Assembly (NCBI GenBank): GCA_964558595.1
Contig: CAZLER010000008.1
Span: 830-64,829 of the forward strand
DNA from: an uncultured Thermotogae bacterium
Lineage (GTDB): Bacteria; Bipolaricaulota; Bipolaricaulia; UBA7950; UBA9294
Length of the DNA stretch: 64,000 nt
Direction of reading: 5' to 3'
The number at the start of each line of letters is the position of its first letter. Positions within the stretch are counted from its first letter, which is position 1. Shown in pieces: positions 10,261-19,001 of this stretch. The position numbers and the translations under genes are program-made. The notes beneath the pieces are model-generated. The model made no database searches. It was not told the DNA's origin and saw only the letters and a list, made by a program, of their open reading frames with translations.

Positions 10261-12552
10261 ATGGGCGATCGGCGGACGACCGTGATTGGCGGGAGCACAC
10301 CCCGGCCGGATGCCGTGGACAAGGTGCGAGGCGTAGCGCGGTTCGCTGACGATCTTGCCTTCCCCGGTATGCTCCACGGCGCGGTCGTCCGTAGCACGTA
10401 CCCACACGCACGGCTGGTCCGCGTCGACACGAAAGACGCGGTGGGCGACCCAGAGGTCGTCTGCGTCGTGTCGCACGAGGATGTGCCCGGGGACAACCTC
10501 GTTCATGTCATCTACGACGACCAGCCGGCCCTGGCGGCGGATGTCGTTCGCTACGTTGGCGAACCGATCGCGTTGGTGGCGGCAACGTCGCGGCGGGCGG
10601 CGAAGCGTGCCGCCGCCTCCATCCGTGTCTCCTACGAGGAGCTGACGGCGGTCACCGATCCGATGGCGGCGTTGGCTCCCGATGCCCCGGCGGTTGTCGC
10701 CGATCCGCTGGCTGCCGAGGGCGGCGGCAACCTGTTCAACGCGATGGTGCTCCGCAAAGGCGATGTCGAACGGGGCTTCGCTGAGGCGGACGTCATCGTC
10801 GAGCAACGGTACGAGACCGGCTACCAGGAGCATGCCTACATCGAGCCGCAGGGCGCGATCGCGGTCCCCGAGGAGCTCGGGTCGGTGGCGGTCTACGCGT
10901 CGATGCAGTGCCCGTTCTATGTGCAGGGAGCGGTGGCCAAGGCGCTCGGCCTCCCCCTGTCCAAGGTGCGCGCGGTGCAGACGGCGACCGGCGGAGCGTT
11001 CGGTGGCAAGGAAGACGTCCCCTCGCAGATCGGGACGCTGGCCGCGCTGATGGCCGTCAAGGCACAGCGGCCGGTGAAGCTGGTGCTCGATCGAGCGGAA
11101 GACGTCTTGACCACGAGCAAGCGCCATCCGTCGCGAGTTCGCTATCGCAGCGGTGCCAAGGCCGATGGCACGCTGACGGCGATCGAGGTCGAGGTGGTCC
11201 TCGACGCCGGCGCGTACCAGACCCTCTCGTCGGCCGTGCTATGGAGGAGCCTGTGCACGGCGGCGGGCCCGTACCGGATTCCCCATGTCAAGGTCGACGC
11301 GAAATCGGTCGCCACCCACACCGTGCCCAACGGTGCGTTCCGGGGGTTCGGTAGCCCGCAGGTCATCTTCCCACACGAATCGCAGATGGACCTGCTCGCC
11401 GAACGTCTGGGGATCGATCGGGCAGCCATCCGCCGGGTGAATCTATTGCGGCCGGGTGACCGCACGTCCACCAACCAGCGGGTGCGCGACAGCGTCGGGG
11501 TCGGAGAGACCCTCGAGCGGGCGGTCGAGCTCGCCGATTGGGACGAGCGACGGCGTCGGATCGAGCGCGACAACGCCCAGGCCACCGAGCATCGGCGGGG
11601 CGTGGGCCTGGCGTGCGTGCTGTACGGGGTGGGGCTGGGAGGCAAGGCGCCGTTCCTCGACAAGGCCGGAGCCACGATCAAGATCGAAGCCGACGGGTCG
11701 ATCGCCGTCGCGGTGGGCACGGTCGAGATGGGCCAGGGACTGACGACGGTCCTCCTGCAGGTCGCTGCGGAGGCACTGGAGGTGCCCATCGAACGGATCC
11801 ATCTTGCTCCGGTGGACACCAGTCGCGTCCCCGACAGCGGGCCAACGGTGGCATCGCGGGGAACGATGATGAGCGGTCTCGCGGTGCTCGACGCGGCGCG
11901 GAAGCTTCGCGAACGGATCGACGCCGTGGCGACGGAGCTGGGGATTCCGGTCGACGATGTCCCGGCACGGTGGGACGAGATCGCCCACACGTTCTGGATG
12001 CGCAACCTGGATCCCGCGGTCGAGGGGTGGGCGCGGACCGAACCGGTTGGTTGGGACCCGGAGACCGGGCTGGGCGATGCCTATCCGGTGTACGCGTACG
12101 CAACCCACATCGCGGAGGTCGAGGTCGACACCGTGACCGGGGAGACGGAGATCGTCGACTACCTTGCTGTTCACGACTCGGGGCGGATCCTCAACCGATC
12201 GCTGGCGATCGGGCAGGTGGAGGGCGGAACGGCGCAGGGGATCGGTTTTGCGCTGATGGAAGAAATCCCGCGGCGGGACGGCCGACTGATCGTGAATGGG
12301 CTCACCACCTACCGGCTCCCGACGATCCGTGACGTCGCCCCGGCCCCGACGACGGACTTCGTGGAGGCGTGCTTCCCGGCGGGACCGTATGGGGCAAAGG
12401 GGATTGGGGAAGTGCCGCTCATGGCAGCGCATGCAGCGGTGGCCCGGGCTGTCGCCGATGCCGTGGGCACCCCCGTCTTCCGGTATCCGCTCGATCCTCC
12501 GCGGGTGCGCCGGCTGCTCGATCAGGCAACGCCATCGCCGAGCGCCGCGTGA
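10261..12552 (+). CDS. Xanthine dehydrogenase/aldehyde oxidase family molybdopterin-binding subunit
   Basis: 763 aa; a/b-hammerhead plus MoCo-binding domains (…GGAFGGKE…, …RGFG.PQ…, …GQG…TV…). ATG starts 1 nt after the preceding stop. No FAD or 2Fe-2S subunit genes in the window. Confidence 0.85.
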   Translation: MGDRRTTVIGGSTPRPDAVDKVRGVARFADDLAFPGMLHGAVVRSTYPHARLVRVDTKDAVGDPEVVCVVSHEDVPGDNLVHVIYDDQPALAADVVRYVGEPIALVAATSRRAAKRAAASIRVSYEELTAVTDPMAALAPDAPAVVADPLAAEGGGNLFNAMVLRKGDVERGFAEADVIVEQRYETGYQEHAYIEPQGAIAVPEELGSVAVYASMQCPFYVQGAVAKALGLPLSKVRAVQTATGGAFGGKEDVPSQIGTLAALMAVKAQRPVKLVLDRAEDVLTTSKRHPSRVRYRSGAKADGTLTAIEVEVVLDAGAYQTLSSAVLWRSLCTAAGPYRIPHVKVDAKSVATHTVPNGAFRGFGSPQVIFPHESQMDLLAERLGIDRAAIRRVNLLRPGDRTSTNQRVRDSVGVGETLERAVELADWDERRRRIERDNAQATEHRRGVGLACVLYGVGLGGKAPFLDKAGATIKIEADGSIAVAVGTVEMGQGLTTVLLQVAAEALEVPIERIHLAPVDTSRVPDSGPTVASRGTMMSGLAVLDAARKLRERIDAVATELGIPVDDVPARWDEIAHTFWMRNLDPAVEGWARTEPVGWDPETGLGDAYPVYAYATHIAEVEVDTVTGETEIVDYLAVHDSGRILNRSLAIGQVEGGTAQGIGFALMEEIPRRDGRLIVNGLTTYRLPTIRDVAPAPTTDFVEACFPAGPYGAKGIGEVPLMAAHAAVARAVADAVGTPVFRYPLDPPRVRRLLDQATPSPSAA

Positions 12553-12562
12553 CAAACGAACG

Positions 12563-12586
12563 ACGGGAGGGCCGAGGCCCTCCCGC
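12563..12586. terminator. GC-rich hairpin between convergent genes; intrinsic-terminator-like for the minus-strand gene, possibly bidirectional
   Basis: CGGGAGGGC-cgag-GCCCTCCCG (9 bp stem, 4 nt loop) at 12564-12585. On the minus-strand transcript it is followed by UCGUUCGUUUGU. Confidence 0.5.
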
Positions 12587-12626
12587 CGTCACGGCTCGCT
12601 ATGGCATTACGTCCTTCGCTGTTCCC

Positions 12627-13304
12627 TTATAGGCCGAGAATATCGAACAGAGCGGAGAAATCGATTCCGCCCTCGAGGACGCCCTCGAGCGTGGTCACAC
12701 CGAGCATGCCGACGATGGTGTTGAAGAAGTTCTCGATCCCCTCGGCGGGGGAGGTCATGATGATCGGCATCAGCGATTCCTGAAGCGACATCCCCAACGA
12801 TTCGGACAAGCCGGCGAGGTAGTCCTCGTTGTCCTGGAAGAACTGCTCGAAGGCAGCCGCCAGCCCTTCCGGATCCGACTCCCGCAGGTGAACGATCCCT
12901 TGGCCGAACAAAAACCCCAGCTTCTCAACCGTGGTGAAGTACGGGGTGCCCACCGCGCGCTCGCCCGATAGCCAGACCGCGTAGGCGGGAACGGCGTCCG
13001 CAGGCTCCCAATAGAGCTGGACCGTTCCGCTCTTGACGAGGTCGCCGATCATGGTGAACGTGCTGCCGGTCATCTCGGTGGCGAGCCTCATGGCTCCACC
13101 GAACGTCACCTTGCTAGAAATCGTTACCTGTTGGTCGAACTCCACCTGGAGACCGGTGACCTGCATGCCGGTGGTGTTGTTGAACAACCCCACCGCCTCA
13201 TCGCCCGCGACATAGCTCTCGATCCATACCTCTTGAGCCATCGTCGCCAACGACAGCACCGCCACCAGCCCCACCATCAGCACTAAGGACCTACCTTGCA
13301 TCAT
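12627..13304 (-). CDS. Hypothetical secreted protein (signal peptide, no recognisable domain)
   Basis: N-terminus MMQGRSLVLMVGLVAVLSLATMAQE is signal-peptide-like; somewhat lower GC than its neighbours; terminator hairpin immediately downstream. Confidence 0.5.
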   Translation of the reverse strand: MMQGRSLVLMVGLVAVLSLATMAQEVWIESYVAGDEAVGLFNNTTGMQVTGLQVEFDQQVTISSKVTFGGAMRLATEMTGSTFTMIGDLVKSGTVQLYWEPADAVPAYAVWLSGERAVGTPYFTTVEKLGFLFGQGIVHLRESDPEGLAAAFEQFFQDNEDYLAGLSESLGMSLQESLMPIIMTSPAEGIENFFNTIVGMLGVTTLEGVLEGGIDFSALFDILGL

Positions 13305-13432
13305 GCCAGCCTCCTTCGCGAGAAGAATGGATGCATTCTAGCCGTATCGCCGGCGGCGGGCAAAGCCGAAGAACTCCTCTCGAGTACCTTCTTGCGTGAG
13401 GCAAGACGGCCGATGGAGGCCAGGTCGGGCAG

Positions 13433-14107
13433 CTACCCCCGTGGCCGATGGGCCACCGCCGTGGCCCACGCCAGATCCTCGGGGTAGGTGAGTTTGCGGT
13501 TGGCCGGGTCGCCGTCCACGATGGTCACGGGGATCCCGGCGTCTAGGATCGCCGAGACGTCGTCGGTGAGCGCGGCATCGGAGCGCTCCAAGCACGACAG
13601 GAGCAGCGTTCGCCGGAAGGCTTGCGGGGTCTGTGCGCGGACGATCGATCCGCGGTCGATACGTCCGGCGACCCGGCGCTGTTGCCGGTCCACGCAGTAC
13701 AGCGTTTCAATCGCCGGCAGCACCGGGAGTGCGGCCCCGGACCGCTCGGCAGCGGTGGTGACCCGGTCGATCAACGCCTCACTGACGAACGGTCGGCATC
13801 CATCGTGGATCAGAACGAGGTCTCCACGGGCCGCACGGAGGCCGGCGAGCGATGACTCGCGACGGGTGGCGCCGCCGCCGACGATGACGGCCGACGCAGT
13901 GAGGGTGCGCACGGCATCGCGGGCGGCGTCGAGATCGTCGGGGTGGACGACGACCACCAGCTCATCGATCCGCGGGGAGGCGACGAACCGTTCGACCGCA
14001 TGGACGAACAGCGGCCGCCCGTCGAGGTCGAGAAACGCCTTCCGCACGCCTGCCTTCATCCGCTCGCCGCGCCCGGCGGCGACGATAACCGCCGTCCACG
14101 CGGTCAT
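13433..14107 (-). CDS. ispD: 2-C-methyl-D-erythritol 4-phosphate cytidylyltransferase
   Basis: ORF 13433..14179 trimmed to Met at 14107 (MTAWTAVIVAAGRGERM...). Classic IspD N-terminus and ...LIHDGCRPFV... motif. Overlaps the upstream lipoprotein gene by 4 bp. Confidence 0.85.
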   Translation of the reverse strand: MTAWTAVIVAAGRGERMKAGVRKAFLDLDGRPLFVHAVERFVASPRIDELVVVVHPDDLDAARDAVRTLTASAVIVGGGATRRESSLAGLRAARGDLVLIHDGCRPFVSEALIDRVTTAAERSGAALPVLPAIETLYCVDRQQRRVAGRIDRGSIVRAQTPQAFRRTLLLSCLERSDAALTDDVSAILDAGIPVTIVDGDPANRKLTYPEDLAWATAVAHRPRG

Positions 14108-14601
14108 TCCGTCGATGGGCTGACCTGGGTGATCTTCACCAGCGTCTTGTCGGTCGGGTCGATGGTGTACACCTCCCACGCTCCTGACCGGTTCGAGTTG
14201 AAGTAGACCAAGCCGTCGCTTCCCCAGTTCGGGTTGATGTCGTCGTCCTCATGGGTCGTGAGCCGTACGACGTCGAGGTCGGCGAGGTCGATGACGTAGA
14301 TATCGACGTTGTCGTCCCGACTCGAGGCGAACGCCAGGCGATCTGCGTTCGGCGACCAGGTCGGGGACCAATCGGGGTGTTCATTGGTGGTCAACCGCTG
14401 TACCTCTTCGCTTTGCAGGTCGCGCACGAACAGTTCCAGACTGTCTCCGGCCGGCGACTCGTACGCGAGCAAGCGGCCGTCCGGCGACAGCGCCGGCTCC
14501 CAATGGGTGTACTCCTCTTCGCCGCCGCCGAAGAACGTGCATCCGGCAAGGGCGGCGAGAAGAACGGCTCCAGCGGCGAGACCAACGATTCGAGCGTTCA
14601 C
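14104..14601 (-). CDS. Lipoprotein with TolB-like beta-propeller (PD40/WD40-like) repeats
   Basis: Lipobox LAGC after a signal peptide; repeated SPDG/WSPD..LAF propeller blades. Confidence 0.65.
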   Translation of the reverse strand: MNARIVGLAAGAVLLAALAGCTFFGGGEEEYTHWEPALSPDGRLLAYESPAGDSLELFVRDLQSEEVQRLTTNEHPDWSPTWSPNADRLAFASSRDDNVDIYVIDLADLDVVRLTTHEDDDINPNWGSDGLVYFNSNRSGAWEVYTIDPTDKTLVKITQVSPSTE

Positions 14602-14717
14602 GGCATCCTTCCTTTCTGTGGCATCCAGCGAGGCGGTTGTCGGTATGGCGGCGCGGACAGTCCGCGCTCCTCCGTGGATCGCAGCGTGCCGCTCATGATC
14701 GCGCTCGGCACCTCCGC

Positions 14718-14745
14718 TTTGTACGATCGTTCCCCTCGATCACAA
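14718..14745 (-). promoter_or_regulatory. Candidate promoter TTGTGA-16-TACAAA for the lipoprotein-ispD operon (minus strand)
   Basis: Minus-strand reading of 14718-14745; ~110 nt upstream of ATG 14601. Confidence 0.3.
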
Positions 14746-14909
14746 GCCTCCGGGCGCAAGCCTTCGGTCTGCATGCCCTGATCAAGGCGGGAAACTTGCA
14801 GAAATACGCAGGAGATCATACCACAACATCGCACCTCCCGAAGATGCGGCAGCAGCCCGTCAGGCACACACTCCCCGGGCCAGTCGACGAAATCCATTAT
14901 ACGGAGCGC

Positions 14910-14947
14910 TTGTATTGGCAACAAGATTTCGCTATTGTATTCGGCAA
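14910..14947 (+). repeat. Direct repeat TTGTATTGGCAA / TTGTATTCGGCAA immediately upstream of prmC
   Basis: 14910-14921 and 14935-14947, 25 bp apart, ending 20 nt before the TTG start; AT-richer than the surroundings. Confidence 0.35.
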
Positions 14948-14966
14948 ATGAGGGCTGTCGGCCTTC

Positions 14967-15839
14967 TTGGGTGGGGGGACGACACTGCGTACTGAGTGGA
15001 CCATCCGCGAGGTTCTCAACTGGACTCGTGGCTACTTCGAATCTGCCGGGATCGTCCAGCCGCGGCTGGAAGCTGAGATCCTCCTGGCGCATGCCCTCGA
15101 TGTCGATCGCCTCAATCTGTACATCTCCCCGGATCAGCCGCTGACGCCCGATGAACGGTCTCGCTACCGGACCGTCGTCAAACGGCGCCGAGAGGGAACG
15201 CCGTTGCAGCACCTGATCGGCGAGGTGCGGTTCTTCGGCCTGCGGTTCCGGGTGAATCGCGACGCGCTGATCCCGCGACCGGAGACCGAGGAGCTGCTCG
15301 ATCACATCCTGAAGCTCGTGCCACGAGACCGGGACATCGCCTGCCTCGATCTCGGGACGGGGACCGGAGTGATCGCCGTATGCTTGGCGAGGTACTTCCC
15401 GCGAGCTCGCGTGACGGCGGTCGACGTTTCTCCGGCCGCGCTCGATCTCGCCCGACGCAATGCCGCGCTCAACGGGGTGGAAGACGGTATTCGCTTTGTG
15501 CTGGGAGATTGGTTCGAACAGGTCGAAGGGGGGTTCGATCTGATCGCGTCCAACCCCCCCTACATCGCGGAGGAAGCGCTCGATACGCTGCCGACGGAGG
15601 TGAGAGAGCACGAACCCCACGTTGCCCTCGACGGCGGACCGGGCGGTCTGCGACAGATCGGGCGGTTGATCGAGCGACTACCCGAACACGCGAACCCAGG
15701 CGGCATGGTCTTCCTCGAGATCGGATACGAACAGGATGACGCGGTGGCGAGGATGCTGGAGGCAGCGGGTTTCGCCGAGGTACGGGTGGAATCCGATCTC
15801 GCGGGGAAGAAGCGGTACGCGGTGGCGCGATGGCCGTGA
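14967..15839 (+). CDS. prmC: Release-factor glutamine N5-methyltransferase (PrmC/HemK)
   Basis: TTG start at 14967; SAM-binding LDLGTGTG and catalytic NPPY motifs. Confidence 0.85.
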   Translation: MGGGTTLRTEWTIREVLNWTRGYFESAGIVQPRLEAEILLAHALDVDRLNLYISPDQPLTPDERSRYRTVVKRRREGTPLQHLIGEVRFFGLRFRVNRDALIPRPETEELLDHILKLVPRDRDIACLDLGTGTGVIAVCLARYFPRARVTAVDVSPAALDLARRNAALNGVEDGIRFVLGDWFEQVEGGFDLIASNPPYIAEEALDTLPTEVREHEPHVALDGGPGGLRQIGRLIERLPEHANPGGMVFLEIGYEQDDAVARMLEAAGFAEVRVESDLAGKKRYAVARWP

Positions 15840-16492
15840 TGATCCAGGTGTCGGAGCTGCATTTCGCCACCGACGACGGGATCAAGGTCCTCGAAGACAT
15901 TCATCTCCATGTCGAACAGGGCGAACTGCTGTATCTGCTCGGGCCGGCTGCCTCCGGCAAGTCGTTGTTGCTCGGCCTGCTGGGGGGGCAGCTCCCGCCG
16001 CAGCGGGGCCAGATCCTGGTTCACGGGCGCAACGTCGGCAGGCTGAGCCCGCAACGACGTCTGGAGCTGCGCCGCCGAATCGGGTACTTGCCCCAGGGGT
16101 TCACCCCACTGGCCCGAACCGTCCAGGAGAATCTCCTCTTCAAGCTCCGGTGCCTTGGCAACTTCCGCGAACAGGCCGAGGAGAAGGCGATCCTGGCCCT
16201 GGAAGCGACCGGGCTGATCCGGCAGCAAGGAAGCCTGGCGGCGGAGTTGTCCTCACTGGATCGGGTGCGGCTCGGGCTGGCGTTGGCGATCTGCGACGAT
16301 CCGCTGCTGTTGTTGGTCGACGAGCCGTTGGAGGGACTCGCGGCCGAGGAGAGCGACGAGGCGTGCCGGTTGGTCGACCACCTGCACACCGGACATCTGA
16401 CGGTGGTCACCGCGACCCGGGGGCCGCTGCCGCCGGCCACCCGGGGCCGGCGGATCGTTCGACTGGTCGACGGGGCGATGGTGGAATCGTGA
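15830..16492 (+). CDS. ftsE: FtsE-like ABC ATP-binding protein with degenerate signature and H-loop motifs
   Basis: Walker A GPAASGKS, Q-loop LPQG and Walker B LLLVDEP present. ABC signature reads LSSLDRVR (not LSGGQ), D-loop LEGLA, H-loop position ATRG (no His). Overlaps the prmC stop and is followed by an FtsX-like permease. Confidence 0.7.
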   Translation: MAVMIQVSELHFATDDGIKVLEDIHLHVEQGELLYLLGPAASGKSLLLGLLGGQLPPQRGQILVHGRNVGRLSPQRRLELRRRIGYLPQGFTPLARTVQENLLFKLRCLGNFREQAEEKAILALEATGLIRQQGSLAAELSSLDRVRLGLALAICDDPLLLLVDEPLEGLAAEESDEACRLVDHLHTGHLTVVTATRGPLPPATRGRRIVRLVDGAMVES

Positions 16493-17340
16493 GTCCATTT
16501 CTGTTCCTGTTTCGGGAGCTTCTCGGGGCGATTCGCGCTCGCTCGGCGTTGTTCTTCACGCTGGCCGGGTTGTTCTTGTTTGCCTTTCTGGGCGTGGTCG
16601 CCACCTTCTTCCTCCTCCCCTCGCCGTCGGGGATGTCCCCCGATGAGGTGGACGCGTTGCCGGTCGACGAGATCCGCAGCTACCTGTCGCCCCGACTATC
16701 GTCGGCGACGATCAACCGGATGTACCTGGATCTGAGGGCTCGCGATGATGTCCGTCGGATCGTGTTCCGGTTCAGCCAAGAGCTTGAACGCGAATCCTCC
16801 GGGGGGGTCTTCGTGATCGAACCGTCCAGTTCCGATGCGGCATCCGCTCTCGTTGACGACCTTCGTCGACTGAACGGAGTGACCGAGGTGGTGGAGCGCC
16901 GTAGCACGCGAGAACCGACGAAGGCGCCGCTGTCGGCGGCAGTGCGGATCGGCCTCCTGGTGTCGTTGGTGGTGACCGTCGGGCTCAGTTTGCTGAGCGC
17001 GCGCAGCGGGTACCGCGAACTGCTCCGCAGCTTCTCCGCCGAGATTCGGTTGCTGCGGTTGTCGGGGATTTCCGAACAGGCGGTGGTTCCGTTGACGGTT
17101 GGGGTTGGTCTTGTCATCGGCTTCCTCGCCGGACTGCTGTTGCTCGTGATCCTGTATGTGCTGCATTACGTCGTGGTTTCCCAAGCCGGGGGCGCGGGGA
17201 TGCTGGAAGCGCTGGCCGACGGCAACCGGATTCTCATCGTCAGCCTCCTCAATCTGTTGCTGGGCGTGATCCTCGGCGGACTGGTAGGGCTGTACGGGGC
17301 AAGCCTGTTGGCATCCCGAGATTACGCTGCGCTTCCCTGA
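16489..17340 (+). CDS. ftsX: FtsX-like permease
   Basis: GTG at 16489 overlapping the ftsE stop (GTGA). TM1, a ~100 aa extracytoplasmic domain, then 3 TM helices: FtsX topology. Confidence 0.7.
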   Translation: MSPFLFLFRELLGAIRARSALFFTLAGLFLFAFLGVVATFFLLPSPSGMSPDEVDALPVDEIRSYLSPRLSSATINRMYLDLRARDDVRRIVFRFSQELERESSGGVFVIEPSSSDAASALVDDLRRLNGVTEVVERRSTREPTKAPLSAAVRIGLLVSLVVTVGLSLLSARSGYRELLRSFSAEIRLLRLSGISEQAVVPLTVGVGLVIGFLAGLLLLVILYVLHYVVVSQAGGAGMLEALADGNRILIVSLLNLLLGVILGGLVGLYGASLLASRDYAALP

Positions 17341-17375
17341 CGTCGTCGTTGTGCCGGAGGGCTGAGGAGGGACCG

Positions 17376-18437
17376 CTACCGATCGAGCGGTGTCGGGGGG
17401 CTCTCGCGGGAGGCCCGCTCCCCGAGCTTCGCCATCCCCCGCTGGGCCAAGTAGTAGAGGCCGAGCGCAACCAGGATCGCTTCGGCGAACTTGTACATCA
17501 GCGAGAACGCCACCGCCCCCTCCTTCGTCACGTCCGGTGCGACGAGATGAAAGATGCCGATGATCGCGGCTTCCCCTGTACCGATCCCGCCGGGAGTGAT
17601 CCACAAAAAGAACGACAACAGGATCACGGTGAGGGTGAACAGCAGCGAGAGCTGCGGGAAATCGAACACGCGCCCGGTGGAGAAGTAGAAGAACACCTGG
17701 GGCCTCATGTAGATGAAGAAGGTGGCCACCAGTTGGACGATGAAGGCAAACAGCGTCCCGCGCCGATGGGTGGTGAATGCGTAGTAGATCTCGTCCTCGG
17801 TTTCCGACACGTTGTCCGCGGCCCGCCCCAGCGGCTCCCGCCATCGTCCCAGCATCCGACCCAGTCCGCGGAGGATCCGGCTGATCCACTTCAGGTTCCA
17901 GGCGAAGTCGATCAGTCCGATGATGATCCAGAACGTGATGAACCCGACCCCCGAGATGAGCAGGCGCTTCTCCGGCCACGGCAGCGACGGCGAGCTGATG
18001 GCGAAGAAGCTACCGATGAGGATGAACACGATCATGCTCAGCCCACCGAGGAAACGCTCCAGGAAGACCGTGGCGAATACGCGGGTGGTGGGCGCATCGG
18101 TCTTCCCGGTCACCATGAGGGCGCGGACCGGCTCCCCGCCGAAGTACAGCGTCGGAGTGAGGTAGCTGATGGCGTAGCCGCTGAGGCGGGCGCCGATCAC
18201 CCCGCGCAGCGGCAGACGGATGCCGTAGGAACGAAGGATGATCCACCAAGACAGCGTCCACGCGGCCATCGCCAGCAGCACACTGCCCACGATGCCGAGG
18301 ATGCCGAGCGTCCCGAGAGCATGCATCTGGGCGAGGATCTGACGCCACCCGACCCAGTACAAGACGCCCGCGAGCAGACCGAGCCCCACGGCGATCGAGG
18401 CGACCGTCTTCCATCGCGTCTTCTTGGGGGGGGGCAT
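17376..18437 (-). CDS. Flippase-like domain membrane protein (UPF0104 / lysylphosphatidylglycerol-synthase TM-region-like)
   Basis: 353 aa polytopic membrane protein. Sequence pattern matches the lysyl-PG synthase TM domain / YbhN family. Confidence 0.6.
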   Translation of the reverse strand: MPPPKKTRWKTVASIAVGLGLLAGVLYWVGWRQILAQMHALGTLGILGIVGSVLLAMAAWTLSWWIILRSYGIRLPLRGVIGARLSGYAISYLTPTLYFGGEPVRALMVTGKTDAPTTRVFATVFLERFLGGLSMIVFILIGSFFAISSPSLPWPEKRLLISGVGFITFWIIIGLIDFAWNLKWISRILRGLGRMLGRWREPLGRAADNVSETEDEIYYAFTTHRRGTLFAFIVQLVATFFIYMRPQVFFYFSTGRVFDFPQLSLLFTLTVILLSFFLWITPGGIGTGEAAIIGIFHLVAPDVTKEGAVAFSLMYKFAEAILVALGLYYLAQRGMAKLGERASRESPPTPLDR

Positions 18438-18527
18438 TTCGTGGATGCTAGCACAGGAAAGGAAAACCGATCAAGGACAGCTGGCACACCGAGATCGTAC
18501 CTTCCGACACCGTCGGTCTCGCTGTCC

Positions 18528-19001
18528 TCAGCTCGTAGACGTCAGCCGCAGGGCCATCTCCAGGGCTGCTTCGACCGCAGCCCGCCGCACCTCCTCCCGC
18601 CCTCCCGGAAAGAGGAATCGCTCGGTGCACGCGGAGTCCGGTCCGGTTGCGCTGATGAACACGGTGCCCACCGGTTTGTCCGGGGTGCCCCCTCCTGGGC
18701 CGGCGATCCCGGTGATCGCCACACATAGGTCGGTGACGAACCGTCGGCGTCCCTGGTCGGCCAGCACGCCGGCCACCTGGGCGCTGACCGCCCCGTGATC
18801 CCGGAACAGGGTTTCTGGCACCCCACCCCATTCGGACTTGACTCGATTGGCGTAGGCGACCAAGCTACCGACGAAATAGGCGGAAGCGCCCGGCGCGTCG
18901 GTGATCCGATGGGCCAAGCCGCCGGCCGTGCACGACTCCACGGTGGAGATCGTCCATCCTCGATGCCGCAGGGCTTCTCCCAACTGTTCGGTGAGGTTCA
19001 C
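18528..19001 (-). CDS. CinA C-terminal-domain protein (PncC-like nicotinamide-nucleotide amidohydrolase)
   Basis: ORF 18528..19334 trimmed to GTG at 19001 (VNLTEQLGEALRHRGWTISTVESCTAGGLA...). Conserved ESCTGG motif of the CinA C-terminal domain. AGGAGG upstream. Confidence 0.75.
   Translation of the reverse strand: MNLTEQLGEALRHRGWTISTVESCTAGGLAHRITDAPGASAYFVGSLVAYANRVKSEWGGVPETLFRDHGAVSAQVAGVLADQGRRRFVTDLCVAITGIAGPGGGTPDKPVGTVFISATGPDSACTERFLFPGGREEVRRAAVEAALEMALRLTSTS

Noticed and set aside
8994-10496. 500 aa ORF on the minus strand
   Set aside because: It lies entirely antisense to the two well-supported transcarbamylase genes, has no recognisable domains, and is rich in Arg/Pro/Ser as expected from reverse-strand reading of high-GC coding DNA.
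10228-12555. Minus-strand ORFs 10228-11127, 11142-12005 and 11443-12555
   Set aside because: All are antisense to the XDH-family molybdopterin subunit gene.
14637-14951. 104 aa plus-strand ORF in the lipoprotein/prmC divergent region
   Set aside because: No SD or promoter context, composition atypical, overlaps the predicted promoter and 5'UTR of the minus-strand lipoprotein-ispD operon.
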